Of a DNA stretch of 64,000 bases, positions 7,772 through 17,299 are shown piece after piece. This stretch comes from Candidatus Bathyarchaeota archaeon (GTDB lineage: Archaea; Thermoproteota; Bathyarchaeia; Bathyarchaeales; Bathycorpusculaceae). The notes beneath the pieces were generated by a model, which was given only the letters and a program-made list of their open reading frames with translations, was not told the origin of the DNA and did not search any database. The DNA is taken from positions 168,711-232,710 of the forward strand of contig JAGTQZ010000003.1 in the NCBI GenBank assembly GCA_018396705.1, read 5' to 3'. Within the stretch, counting starts at the first letter, position 1. Each line of letters begins with the position of its first letter. The translations under genes and the position numbers were made by a program.

Positions 7772-9616
7772 ATGGTTGGCATTGTTGGATACACAAAATT
7801 CAAGAATTCTCCATCGAAAACACGGATCCAGCGAATGGCTGGCGCTATAAAAACAAACAGGGACCAAAAAATTGAATATTTCTCAAACGATTTCCTTGAT
7901 GTTGCATCTGTCGCGTACCCAGATATTGGTTTCAGCGAGTTCGCCGTTAATGAGGACGGATCGGTTGGTGTTCTCATTTATGGTAAAATTTTTGGTTTTA
8001 AGGATGAGCTAAAGCTTCTTAAAAATAAGGGTCACTATTTTAAGAATGAGAGCAACTGCGCAGAGTTCATAGTACACGCATACGAGGAACATGGTAATGA
8101 AGTTTTTCGCGATTTAAATGGCTCTTTTTGCCTAACCTTGTATGATGTAAAGGTTCCTAAGGTGCTTTTGGTGACAGATCGTTTCGGAACAAGACCAATT
8201 TATTACACTTTTATGGACGGAGAAATCATCTTTTCGTCTCATTGTAGAGCTATTCTGGAGTGCCCTTTTCCAAGGAAGCTTAATCTTAAGACGCTTGTCA
8301 AGTTCTTATATTATGGGAAGCTAGGCATTTTAGGCGATGAAACATGGTTTGAAGGAATAAAACTCATGCCTTCAGCATCCGTGTTAACATTTACGGAAAA
8401 GGGTTACACTTTAGACAAGTATTGGGATCTCGTCTATTCCGCTCGATCTGTAAATGAAGATGAATTGGTACAAGCTCTTGTTAAAGCCTTCAAAAAGGCT
8501 GTGAACCTTAGAGTTAAAGACTTAGATGGAGTTTCAGTACAGCTTAGTGGTGGTTTAGATTCTCGGTGCGTGCTTGGTGTGATTAAAGAGAAAAGCAATG
8601 TGACAGCCGTGACTTTTGGTATTAAGGGTTGCAATGACATTGCTATAGCCATAGAAGTTACTAAAAGGTTGGGAGTTAGGCGTCTAATAATTAACTATGA
8701 TCCCAACGAGATGGTTGATTATTCTTTTGATGTTGTATCTCTAACTGATGGACAAGCAACAGTGAACGTTAGCTACATCCCATACGTTGCTAAGAAAATG
8801 ATGGAAAACGGGCTTAAATATTACCTACAAGGTTTCATATTTGATGTATTGTTAGGTGGAAGTTTTCTGTCTAAAGAATTCTTTAAAGTTAAAGGTTTTA
8901 ATGAATTTATGCAATCCTTAGAGAAAAAGTATACACTGTTTCAGCCTTCTGAATTAAAAAGACTCTTAAACGTGAGACTTCATAAATACATAGCCCAAGT
9001 CCGAGAAGAATTTGCCAAAACAGCCCGTGAGACTAAGGGGAATACTTTCCCAGATAGGGCAGACTACTTTATTATAACAACGCGTCAGCGACGTTATACT
9101 TTAATGGGTTCTATTTTATGTAGGGAGTTTGTTGAAGAGATGCTTCCAACAATAGACAATGAAGTTATCGAGATAATACGTCGCATACCACCCGAACTAC
9201 GCTTCAATTATCGTATTTACAGAAAGTTTCTTTTTGCCTTAAACTTTGAATTGGCTAAGGTGCCTTACCAAAAGACGCTGTTACCTCCAATTGTGCCCTC
9301 ACGATTTTGGCATCCAGCAATTTTGGTCATCGGTGCACTAAAAAAATTATCAAGAGACGCAATTAGATATAAACACTCTTATTTTGAGTTCAATGAAATT
9401 TTGCGCCGTCATTCTAGATGGATAATTTTGCTCAAAGAAACTTTGATGGATAAAAACGCTCTGATATATAAATTTGGCTACTTAAATAGAGACTATGTAG
9501 TCAAAATCGTAGACGAACATCTTAAAGGACGAAGAAACAACGGAGAAAAAATCGCCTTTCTAATAACCTTGGAAATATTTCTACGAACTTTTTTTGATCA
9601 AGACTTTAAAATCTAA
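7772..9616 (+). CDS. Asparagine synthetase B-like amidotransferase lacking the N-terminal Cys nucleophile
   Basis: N-terminus MVGIVGY compared with the canonical MCGI. PP-loop motif QLSGGLDSR. 614 aa, in a glycan cluster. Confidence 0.8.
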   Translation: MVGIVGYTKFKNSPSKTRIQRMAGAIKTNRDQKIEYFSNDFLDVASVAYPDIGFSEFAVNEDGSVGVLIYGKIFGFKDELKLLKNKGHYFKNESNCAEFIVHAYEEHGNEVFRDLNGSFCLTLYDVKVPKVLLVTDRFGTRPIYYTFMDGEIIFSSHCRAILECPFPRKLNLKTLVKFLYYGKLGILGDETWFEGIKLMPSASVLTFTEKGYTLDKYWDLVYSARSVNEDELVQALVKAFKKAVNLRVKDLDGVSVQLSGGLDSRCVLGVIKEKSNVTAVTFGIKGCNDIAIAIEVTKRLGVRRLIINYDPNEMVDYSFDVVSLTDGQATVNVSYIPYVAKKMMENGLKYYLQGFIFDVLLGGSFLSKEFFKVKGFNEFMQSLEKKYTLFQPSELKRLLNVRLHKYIAQVREEFAKTARETKGNTFPDRADYFIITTRQRRYTLMGSILCREFVEEMLPTIDNEVIEIIRRIPPELRFNYRIYRKFLFALNFELAKVPYQKTLLPPIVPSRFWHPAILVIGALKKLSRDAIRYKHSYFEFNEILRRHSRWIILLKETLMDKNALIYKFGYLNRDYVVKIVDEHLKGRRNNGEKIAFLITLEIFLRTFFDQDFKI

Positions 9617-9756
9617 CGGAATCTCCAGATTTTTCGCAGTATGCCATGCATTAATAGGCCTAAAGTTTGCCAACTAAAGATTAATAGACCTTTTACACCG
9701 AAAAGCTTCATTAACGCATATTTTCTACATATACGTAAAATAAGGACGCTCTAAAA

Positions 9757-10201
9757 ATGAAGCTTCTATTCGTCCTTCCACGCTTACTTTATGTATGCAC
9801 TTTGCATAAGGGGTTATATAAAGAGTGTTTGGATATTTTTTCTCAATTGGATAGGTGAATAGCAAGTCTTCCAAATATAAATATTTTAAGAGATTTGACG
9901 AAAATCTGAATTCACTAAAGATAAAGACCATCCGCCTAAAAGCCATGTGTGAACCACTTAGTCGTCTGCAGTTTGATATTTTGTTAAGATTATAAGAGAC
10001 CTTCACTTACAATTGCACGCAACATTGGAGTAAGTATGGTTAAAGGCGAAATAATTACTCCTTTTGGATAGTGATGTTTTACTTTATCCAGATTATATAG
10101 TAGAGAAGATATTAGAGATTTTTGAGAAACATCCAAACGCTTCAGGGGCGCAAGGATGCATAATTCCTAAAATGTACCCTAAAAAAGCAAGGGACTGTTA
10201 A
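9757..10201 (+). pseudogene. Decayed family 2 glycosyltransferase relic
   Basis: Fragments in different frames: MKLLFVLP...ECLDIFSQLD* ; ...SLTIARNIGVSMVKGEII then a frameshift, then LLLLDSDVLLYPDYIVEKILEIFEKHPNASGAQGCIIP...*. The ARN-G-x(3)-KGE and DSD motifs are typical GT2, broken by stops and frameshifts. Confidence 0.6.
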
Positions 10202-10280
10202 AAATATTTTACAACACTTAACAATTTTGCTTTGGCATTTTACAAGCGATTCTTGTGGACCATTTAGTTATCTTGTTATC

Positions 10281-11351
10281 TTATAATTTATAGTTTTTAT
10301 CTATAATTTTAACAATTTCATTAACAAGTCTACACTCTCTAGTTTTTATTGAGAACTTTCTCTGTATTCTTTCTCGCGCTTTTCCGCCTTTATCTTCTGA
10401 TTTTAATGCTTTTTTGATAGCTTCTGCTGTCGCTTCGGGGTCATTATAGGGCACATAAAAGCCCGTGTCTCCAACGACCTCTGGAAGAGCATACCGCTTT
10501 GTAACAACTGGGACACACCCGCACGCCATAGCTTCAGCCAAAGCCACACTAAAGCTTTCTTGAGCTGACAGTTGGCAATAGACCTTCGCTTTTCTGTAAT
10601 ACTCTAATAGTGTTTCGCTTGAAGCATAACCTGTAAAAACCACGTTGGGACCGGCAATTTCCTTCAGACGTTTAATTGAGTCATCGTATTTTCCGATCAA
10701 GACAAATCTAATTTCAGGAAGAAGTGCCGCTGTTTTTACGAAACACTCTAAGCCCTTCTTCTTTATAGTTAATTCAGTAACTTTCGCGACTGTTATGACT
10801 AAGTCTTCTTTTTTGCCAAGAGGCTTAAATCTGTCAACGTCAACACCGTTATACACAACCTCAAATTTTTCCGGTTTGGCAATCCTCAACATTTCTCTGG
10901 CCGTTGACTCAGAAACGGGTAAAACCATGCTGGCATGTCTCAAAACAAACTTCACTTTAACACGTTCAAACGGCGAAAGCAAAGATCCATAACCAATTTC
11001 TGGAACATAAGCCACCTCGTAGCCGCCTACAACCACCATTGATTTTTTCCTTAAAAGTTTTGAAAATAACACTGCGAAAAGGGCGTTTGTGCCGGCGAAC
11101 CATGTGTAAACCAAATCGACGCGGGTAGTCCATAAAAACATTTTAAGTACATTCAATGAATTTCTAAAAGTTGGTATCTCTAACTCTTTTACGTCAAAGT
11201 ATTTCCTGAGAAACTCCAGATCATTGCGCACAAAACTGGATAACTGGTAGTAGACAAATAAAATCCTGATTTTCTTTCCGCTGTGTTTGTGCATGGCTTT
11301 TGCCAACCAGAAACAAAGGTGAAACATATTAGTTAAATAACTGTTATCCAA
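10281..11351 (-). CDS. GT-B glycosyltransferase (family 4 / group 1)
   Basis: E-x7-E region SAQESFSVALAEAMACGCVPVV and C-terminal GT1 domain features. The start is probably an internal Met (MHKHSGKKIRILFV). Confidence 0.8.
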   Translation of the reverse strand: MDNSYLTNMFHLCFWLAKAMHKHSGKKIRILFVYYQLSSFVRNDLEFLRKYFDVKELEIPTFRNSLNVLKMFLWTTRVDLVYTWFAGTNALFAVLFSKLLRKKSMVVVGGYEVAYVPEIGYGSLLSPFERVKVKFVLRHASMVLPVSESTAREMLRIAKPEKFEVVYNGVDVDRFKPLGKKEDLVITVAKVTELTIKKKGLECFVKTAALLPEIRFVLIGKYDDSIKRLKEIAGPNVVFTGYASSETLLEYYRKAKVYCQLSAQESFSVALAEAMACGCVPVVTKRYALPEVVGDTGFYVPYNDPEATAEAIKKALKSEDKGGKARERIQRKFSIKTRECRLVNEIVKIIDKNYKL

Positions 11352-11369
11352 AACTAAGAATTCAAGCTA

Positions 11370-12494
11370 ATGCTGGTGGAAAAGCGTTTGAACGTAACCT
11401 TGGTTCTTGGCGCTCGCCCCCAAATCGTTAAGTCCGCGCCTTTAATCCATTTAGCAAGCAACGATAAACAAATCCGCTTAGACATAATTCACACGGGTCA
11501 GCATTATGACTATGAGATGACGAAAATCTTTTTCGAAGAACTGAAACTGCCAGACCCGATAGTGAACTTGAACGTTGGAAGTGGAACACATGCGCAGCAA
11601 ACAGCGAAAGTGATGCTCCGCCTAGAAAAAGTTTTGCAAAAACAGAAACCAGACATGGTTATAGTTCCAGGCGACACAAATTCAACACTTGCTGGAGCAC
11701 TAACAGCTGTAAAACTTCATATTCCAATAGCCCACATCGAAGCAGGCGCAAGAAGCTACGACATGCGCATGCCAGAAGAAGTAAACAGACGCCTAACAGA
11801 CCATTGCTCCACGATTCTGTTCACTCCAACAGAAAACTGCACAAAAAACCTCATCAATGAGGGTATAGAAAAGGCGAAAATTCACCAAGCAGGCGACACA
11901 ATGTATGATGTATTGGTTCAGCAACTTCCAAAAGCGGAGAAAAACCCAATTTTAGAGCAGTTAAACCTAGAGCCTAACGCCTATGCTTTATTAACAACGC
12001 ACAGACCGGAAAACGTGGACAATCCTCAAAAGTTAGAGAACATAATGAAAGCCATAATCCAGCTTAACCAATTAACTATAGTTTTTCCAGTCCACCCGAG
12101 AACCCAAAAACAACTCAGAAAATTGAAGCTCTACAATAATATTCAAGGGCAAAGCCACATCAAAATTATCAAGCCCATAGGATATCATGAAACAATAAAG
12201 CTGATAAAAAACGCAGCGCTAGTCTTGACGGATTCCGGTGGAATGCAGAAAGAGGCCTTCTGGCTAAAAACACCGTGCATAACATTACGAGAAACAACAG
12301 AATGGCCGGAAACGGTGGAACTGGGAGCCAACTACTTAATGGGCGCAGACACGCAAAAAATAGTGCACACGGCGACAAAGCTAATAGCGAAAAGGGAAAC
12401 CCGTGAAAAAATTCAAAAGCTGCCTAACCCTTTTGGAGACGGAAAGGCTTCTCAAAGAATACTGGAAACCATTAAATCTTATGGTATAGGCTAA
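11370..12494 (+). CDS. wecB: UDP-N-acetylglucosamine 2-epimerase (non-hydrolysing)
   Basis: VLGARPQIVKSAPL ... HTGQHYDYEM ... VPGDTNSTLAGAL ... HIEAGARSYD ... TDSGGMQKEA are classical WecB/MnaA motifs. Confidence 0.9.
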   Translation: MLVEKRLNVTLVLGARPQIVKSAPLIHLASNDKQIRLDIIHTGQHYDYEMTKIFFEELKLPDPIVNLNVGSGTHAQQTAKVMLRLEKVLQKQKPDMVIVPGDTNSTLAGALTAVKLHIPIAHIEAGARSYDMRMPEEVNRRLTDHCSTILFTPTENCTKNLINEGIEKAKIHQAGDTMYDVLVQQLPKAEKNPILEQLNLEPNAYALLTTHRPENVDNPQKLENIMKAIIQLNQLTIVFPVHPRTQKQLRKLKLYNNIQGQSHIKIIKPIGYHETIKLIKNAALVLTDSGGMQKEAFWLKTPCITLRETTEWPETVELGANYLMGADTQKIVHTATKLIAKRETREKIQKLPNPFGDGKASQRILETIKSYGIG

Positions 12495-12581
12495 AATAAA
12501 CCATCAAGCCCTTCACAAAATTGGGAATATTTTATTAAGGTTTTTCGCTGAGACTTTACACTAACACTTACAGGGACGAGA

Positions 12582-13679
12582 ATGGCGAGAAAAACAGTGC
12601 TGTTTGTGTCCACGAAAGGCGAGAAAACATCCGCAAGCAATGTAAGGATCAAGTACTTCAGACAAGCTCTCGAGGCTAACGGCTACGAAGTCGTTAACTT
12701 TGAGATTGGCTTGAGCGGCTTCAAAAAATATCTAAGTTATTTTTTCAGGTCTCCGCCTAAAAACTTGATTGAAGCTGCGAAGACGGCGAATTTGATAATA
12801 ACAACTTCGCCAACCTTGTTGAACGCTATATTAAGCTATAAAATCGCCAAAAAACAGGGACTGCCGCTGATAGTCGACGTGAGAGATATATGGGAGGAAT
12901 ACGCAAAAACGGCTCACTCCCTAATGCATAGCCTAGGCGTGGTAAAAAGAATAGTTGCAGAATACTACAAGGCGCTAAAATACGCGTCGAAAATTCTCGT
13001 CGTAACAGAACCAATGAAACGATACTATGAGAACGTTCTCGGCAACAGCGATAAGGTCACCGTAATCAGCAACGGCACGGACGTTGGCACAATCAAGTGT
13101 GATAACACAGCCAAACGAAAAGAAGACCTTGTGTACTTGGCGGATTTAAATCACCCTTATCATAACATAGAATTTCTATTTTCCGCACTGAAAAACAGTA
13201 AACTCCGCCTCGTTGTCATCGGTGGTGGCAAGCATTTGGCCGCAATGCAAAGAGAGGTGCAAAATCTCCAAATCACTGATAATGTCTCCTTTGCAGGTTG
13301 GGTTCCATACGAAGACCTCTCTTCCTACCTCTGCATGGCAAAAGTAGGAGTTGTGGGCCGCCCCTTCATCAGCAATGTTGGATATTTATACGCTATTCCA
13401 GTTAAAACCTATGACTATTTGGCAGCTGGCCTTCCAATAGTGGGGTATGGCCCTAAAAATTCAGCGTTAGAAGAATTTATTAAAAGAAACACCATAGGCG
13501 CATATGTAGCTGAGCCTAACCCTCAAATTCTTTCAAGGGAACTAGTTAAGCTGGTTGCTGAGCATGAGAAGTATATGTCAAAAGCCAGAGAGCTTGCAAT
13601 GAACTTTGACAGGCGGAGGCTTGCCCAAAAAGTTGTAGAAATAGTCAACAATACATTGTCTAGACGCCCAAAAATCTAA
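12582..13679 (+). CDS. GT-B glycosyltransferase (family 4-like)
   Basis: 365 aa. The C-terminal half (VSFAGWVPYEDLSSYL ... PVKTYDYLAAGLPIVG) resembles a GT1/GT4 nucleotide-sugar-binding domain. Confidence 0.7.
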   Translation: MARKTVLFVSTKGEKTSASNVRIKYFRQALEANGYEVVNFEIGLSGFKKYLSYFFRSPPKNLIEAAKTANLIITTSPTLLNAILSYKIAKKQGLPLIVDVRDIWEEYAKTAHSLMHSLGVVKRIVAEYYKALKYASKILVVTEPMKRYYENVLGNSDKVTVISNGTDVGTIKCDNTAKRKEDLVYLADLNHPYHNIEFLFSALKNSKLRLVVIGGGKHLAAMQREVQNLQITDNVSFAGWVPYEDLSSYLCMAKVGVVGRPFISNVGYLYAIPVKTYDYLAAGLPIVGYGPKNSALEEFIKRNTIGAYVAEPNPQILSRELVKLVAEHEKYMSKARELAMNFDRRRLAQKVVEIVNNTLSRRPKI

Positions 13680-13723
13680 TGTTACAATGTTTTGCACTGT
13701 CAAATATGATCATTTTTATTTCT

Positions 13724-14683
13724 TCAAAGGTTTAGAATAAAGTTTGCAAGGTTGTCTGCTCCGTCTGGCAAGGTTGGTGGCTTGGTTTCTTTTGCCCTTT
13801 CTATGGCGTTTAATATGCTTTCTAAAGTGATTTCTGAAACTAGCACAGCGTTCACTTTATTCACGTAGTGTTTTGCATCTTCAACTCCAGCGGTTCTTGT
13901 CCATTCGAGATTCGGAACAACGACTATTGGTTTTCTGTAGATGAGTGCTTCTAAAATTGTTGCGCCGAAATGCGTGACCACAGTCTCTGCACCTGCAATA
14001 AGTTCATAGAATTTCGCCGTATGTTCCAAGATTTTCCATTCTGGATGGCGTTTTCTGTATGGTTCCGGATCAACCCTACCTGTTTGTAGCACTACATTTT
14101 TCAGCTTGCTTTTTGAGATCACGTCAAAAAGTTGTTTATGTCCATGAGTGCCTCCCGTTACAAGGATGTATCCTCCGTTCCATGGTTGAATCTCGGGTTT
14201 TGGAATCAGTGGACCAAAAACTATTCCTTTTTTTAGCAGTTTTTTCTGTTCCTCCCATTGAAGCACCGTTACAGTTGAGAGAGGTTGCAGGAGGAGGGCG
14301 CTTTTGGAGGCTTTTGTAAAGCGCACTGAGCTTTCTATGTTAACCACGGGTATATTTTTCATCCACGCGAATAGGCAAGGTGGTATGCAAAAGTTGCTGC
14401 CCGTGCTTACGACGACGTCGAATTTACTTGGAACTTTTTTGAAGGCTTCAGCGAAGGCCTTGGCAAGTTTCGGCAAAAACTCTTTTGTTGGCGTTTTTGG
14501 TTCCCTAGGTTTTAAAAGGAAATCAACGGAGCCGAACTTTTCGAGTCTTTCATAGCTTAATTTGTCTCCTTTAGGGACGAGAAAGTATAAGTTCACTTTT
14601 CCACAGAGCCTCTGGGCTAAGGCGTAGCCGTAGGCGGTATGTCCTCCACCACCAGCAAGAATTAATACGTTTTTGGTTGGCAA
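13724..14683 (-). CDS. Fused Alg14-like / Alg13-like (GT28, MurG/Agl24-type) UDP-GlcNAc transferase
   Basis: N-terminal half: LILAGGGGHTAYG ... VVNIESSVRFTKASKSALLLQP...VTVLQWEEQ (Alg14 GSGGHT and ES-x-ARV...VQW pattern). C-terminal half: ILVTGGTHG ... VVLQTGR ... AETVVTHFGATILEALIYRKPIVVVPN (Alg13/Glyco_tran_28_C pattern). Confidence 0.7.
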   Translation of the reverse strand: MPTKNVLILAGGGGHTAYGYALAQRLCGKVNLYFLVPKGDKLSYERLEKFGSVDFLLKPREPKTPTKEFLPKLAKAFAEAFKKVPSKFDVVVSTGSNFCIPPCLFAWMKNIPVVNIESSVRFTKASKSALLLQPLSTVTVLQWEEQKKLLKKGIVFGPLIPKPEIQPWNGGYILVTGGTHGHKQLFDVISKSKLKNVVLQTGRVDPEPYRKRHPEWKILEHTAKFYELIAGAETVVTHFGATILEALIYRKPIVVVPNLEWTRTAGVEDAKHYVNKVNAVLVSEITLESILNAIERAKETKPPTLPDGADNLANFILNL

Positions 14684-14798
14684 TTCATTGCTCCTCTTTT
14701 AGGGGGTCTTCCGCGGTACAATTATGGACAGCAAGTGTTTTAAAAAAGTAATTGTTTTTAGACTCTAAAATCGGACTCGCATCGTTTGGTGCTGGTGT

Positions 14799-16286
14799 TT
14801 GAGAGAAAACCCAATAAGGCTTCAGTATTCAGGTTTCGTAATTTTTTCAGCAAAAATGTTCAGCGTGGCCACTGGTTTTATTTTCCAGTATATGATAGCT
14901 CGTTACACCTCTACAGTGGAATATGGCATATGGTTCAACATAAATGATGTGCTAGGCTATTTTCTGGTTCTTGCCGGGGTTATACCATTTTGGGTTGTAC
15001 GTTTTGTGGCGAGATCTGAGGAGGGGGCTGTGAAAACAGGTGTTCTAGCAAATTTGACTATCTCGTTAGTGGCGACCATTATTTATTTGGTTTCTGTCCC
15101 GCTGATAACTTCAGCCATAGGTGTTCACCAGTATACCAGCCTTTATCTGCTTGCCGCTCTTCAAGTGGTAGAATTTTATATGTTAAATGTGATCGAGGCG
15201 TGTCTTAGAGCTAGGAAGCCACAAGTCTTGGGGTACGGAGCGGTTATCGCTGAAATAATCAAAGTATCTTTGGGATATATCCTCATCATGAGATTACAAA
15301 AGCCTTTAGAAGGTGCTATAATTAGCATAATAACGGCTATAGCTGCTCAGCTAATTTATTACCTAAAACTTTTGGCTGAAGACTTTAAACAGAAAATTGA
15401 ATGGGCATATGTGAAGGAGTGGGTAAAAGGATCAATTGCAAATCTCTATAATGTCTTAGGAAATCAAATAGCCGCCTTCGTTTTCATCCTACTATTCGCC
15501 TACGGCGGAGAGGGGGCTCGAGGCTATTACGGCGCCGCCTCCTTGATAGCAAACATTGTAACATATTCAACCGCTTTGGCGTTTGCTTTATACCCAAAAC
15601 TTTTGGCTGAAGGTAAAAGTGAAGACGTTACAACCTCTTTTAAAACGGTTTTGATGTTTGCAATTCCCATGACTATTGGTGCTCTTGCCGCGCCCGGACT
15701 ATATCTTTCAATCCTTGAACGTGAGTACGCCAGCGCGTGGCATGTTTTAGTCGTCTTGGCTATAGATGCTTTAGTTGCAACAGTATCTACACTTTACGGC
15801 TTTGTTCTTTACGGGTTTGAGAGAGTTGATGAAGGAGCAAAAATATCCTTTAAAGAACTTTTAAAAAGCCGCATGTTTATAGCTTTCTCATTACCGTATT
15901 TTCACTCGGCCATAACTATACCCTCAACGTATTTTGTGTTGACTAATTTCACTTTAAACCAGCCTGTAACGTCGGCTTTTGCGGTGGCTTTGATAAATTC
16001 TGTAGCACGGTTTACCATGTTTCTTATACTGTACATTATGGTTCGTAGAATGATTAAGATGGTTATTCCTTGGAAGAGCATTGCAAAGTATGTTTTAGCT
16101 TCGGTAGTTATGGGTTGCCTTCTCCATTGGCTATGCTTAAGGTTATCTTTAACAAGGGTGTATCAAGCTCTTGGCATAACCGTGTTGGCTGGCATTTTTT
16201 ATTTCGCTTTGCTCATGGTTATAGATGAAAATGCAAGAGTTCTTGTCAAGTCAGCTTGGCTGGAAGTAAAGACAAAGTTCGAATAG
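14799..16286 (+). CDS. Polysaccharide/oligosaccharide flippase (MOP superfamily, Wzx-like)
   Basis: 495 aa with at least 12 hydrophobic segments, at the end of the glycan cluster. TTG start. Confidence 0.75.
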   Translation: MRENPIRLQYSGFVIFSAKMFSVATGFIFQYMIARYTSTVEYGIWFNINDVLGYFLVLAGVIPFWVVRFVARSEEGAVKTGVLANLTISLVATIIYLVSVPLITSAIGVHQYTSLYLLAALQVVEFYMLNVIEACLRARKPQVLGYGAVIAEIIKVSLGYILIMRLQKPLEGAIISIITAIAAQLIYYLKLLAEDFKQKIEWAYVKEWVKGSIANLYNVLGNQIAAFVFILLFAYGGEGARGYYGAASLIANIVTYSTALAFALYPKLLAEGKSEDVTTSFKTVLMFAIPMTIGALAAPGLYLSILEREYASAWHVLVVLAIDALVATVSTLYGFVLYGFERVDEGAKISFKELLKSRMFIAFSLPYFHSAITIPSTYFVLTNFTLNQPVTSAFAVALINSVARFTMFLILYIMVRRMIKMVIPWKSIAKYVLASVVMGCLLHWLCLRLSLTRVYQALGITVLAGIFYFALLMVIDENARVLVKSAWLEVKTKFE

Positions 16287-16292
16287 TAGGGG

Positions 16293-17165
16293 TTACTCGT
16301 TGTTACTCCATAGTTCACTGAAAAGGGCTTTTAGGGTTTTTATGAACGCGTCGTAGTTTGTCCATAGGGCTGCTGTTCTTTTTTTGCCGTTTCCTTTTCG
16401 GATTAACAGTAGTAACTGTTCGTTGTCCGCTATTATGAAGGTTGGTATTTCTTCAGCGTTTAGCCTTGAGTATTTCGCTTTCTTTAACTTGGTTCTTTCC
16501 AGAAAGAAGCATGTTTTTGGCGAGTAATTTGTGAGAAGTTGCACGTTTGCGCCTTTTTTGGATGTCTTTTCCAACCTGTCCAAGAATCCTGAATGGTAGA
16601 AGTTTGCAATGTCGTTTTCTGAAATGAATGCAAGGATTTCCTTTATAGCCTTGTCGAGGATTTCATCTGCCTTCAAGCTTATTTGCTCTTCACCTTCCAA
16701 TATTTGGAAGACTTCTTTCCTGTCAGCTTCTATCTCTGGTCTTGGTAGTGAAAGCCAAATATCAATAAGGCTTTGCCTCTTTTTTTCAAGGAGGCTAAGT
16801 TTCATCCTTTTAGTTTCTATGAGTATGTCTAACGCTTTTTCGAAAGGTGTCGCAATGAATTTTAAAGGTTTTTCAAAAACTGAAGAAACTAACCCCTTTT
16901 TCTCTAGATCCCGTAATATTCGGTAAGTTTCTGTTCTATGCAGAGATAACGCCTCAGAAATATCGCTTGCCTTATGCTCACCAGTTCTTGCCAGGTAAAT
17001 GTAAACTTTAACTTCGTTTTTTGATAATCCTAACCCACGAAGGGCTTTCTCTATCACTTCTATAGATTTTACCAGCCCCTTGTCTGCTTTTACAAAACGC
17101 CATAACCCGCTGTTTTCATCGTAAAGTTTCACTATGCTTTCAGGCTTTTCGATAGATAACTCCAT
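16293..17165 (-). CDS. TrmB-family transcriptional regulator
   Basis: Winged HTH LSKNEVKVYIYLARTGEHKASDISEALSLHRTETYRILRDLEKKGLV plus a TrmB-type C-terminal domain. Confidence 0.85.
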   Translation of the reverse strand: MELSIEKPESIVKLYDENSGLWRFVKADKGLVKSIEVIEKALRGLGLSKNEVKVYIYLARTGEHKASDISEALSLHRTETYRILRDLEKKGLVSSVFEKPLKFIATPFEKALDILIETKRMKLSLLEKKRQSLIDIWLSLPRPEIEADRKEVFQILEGEEQISLKADEILDKAIKEILAFISENDIANFYHSGFLDRLEKTSKKGANVQLLTNYSPKTCFFLERTKLKKAKYSRLNAEEIPTFIIADNEQLLLLIRKGNGKKRTAALWTNYDAFIKTLKALFSELWSNNE

Positions 17166-17299
17166 TTAAATCCCTACATTGTTCTGATTCGAAGCCGAAA
17201 CTCGATTCAGTTGTCACTATATTTTATACTTCTGAATTCAAAATATGAATTAGAAATACATGTTGCTAAAACTTAAAGCCAACTACTCTTGAAAATAAA

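Noticed and set aside
9725-10006. 93-aa minus-strand ORF between the asnB-like gene and the GT4 gene
   Set aside because: It lies antisense to recognisable GT2 relic fragments on the plus strand. The composition is AT-rich and no motifs are present.
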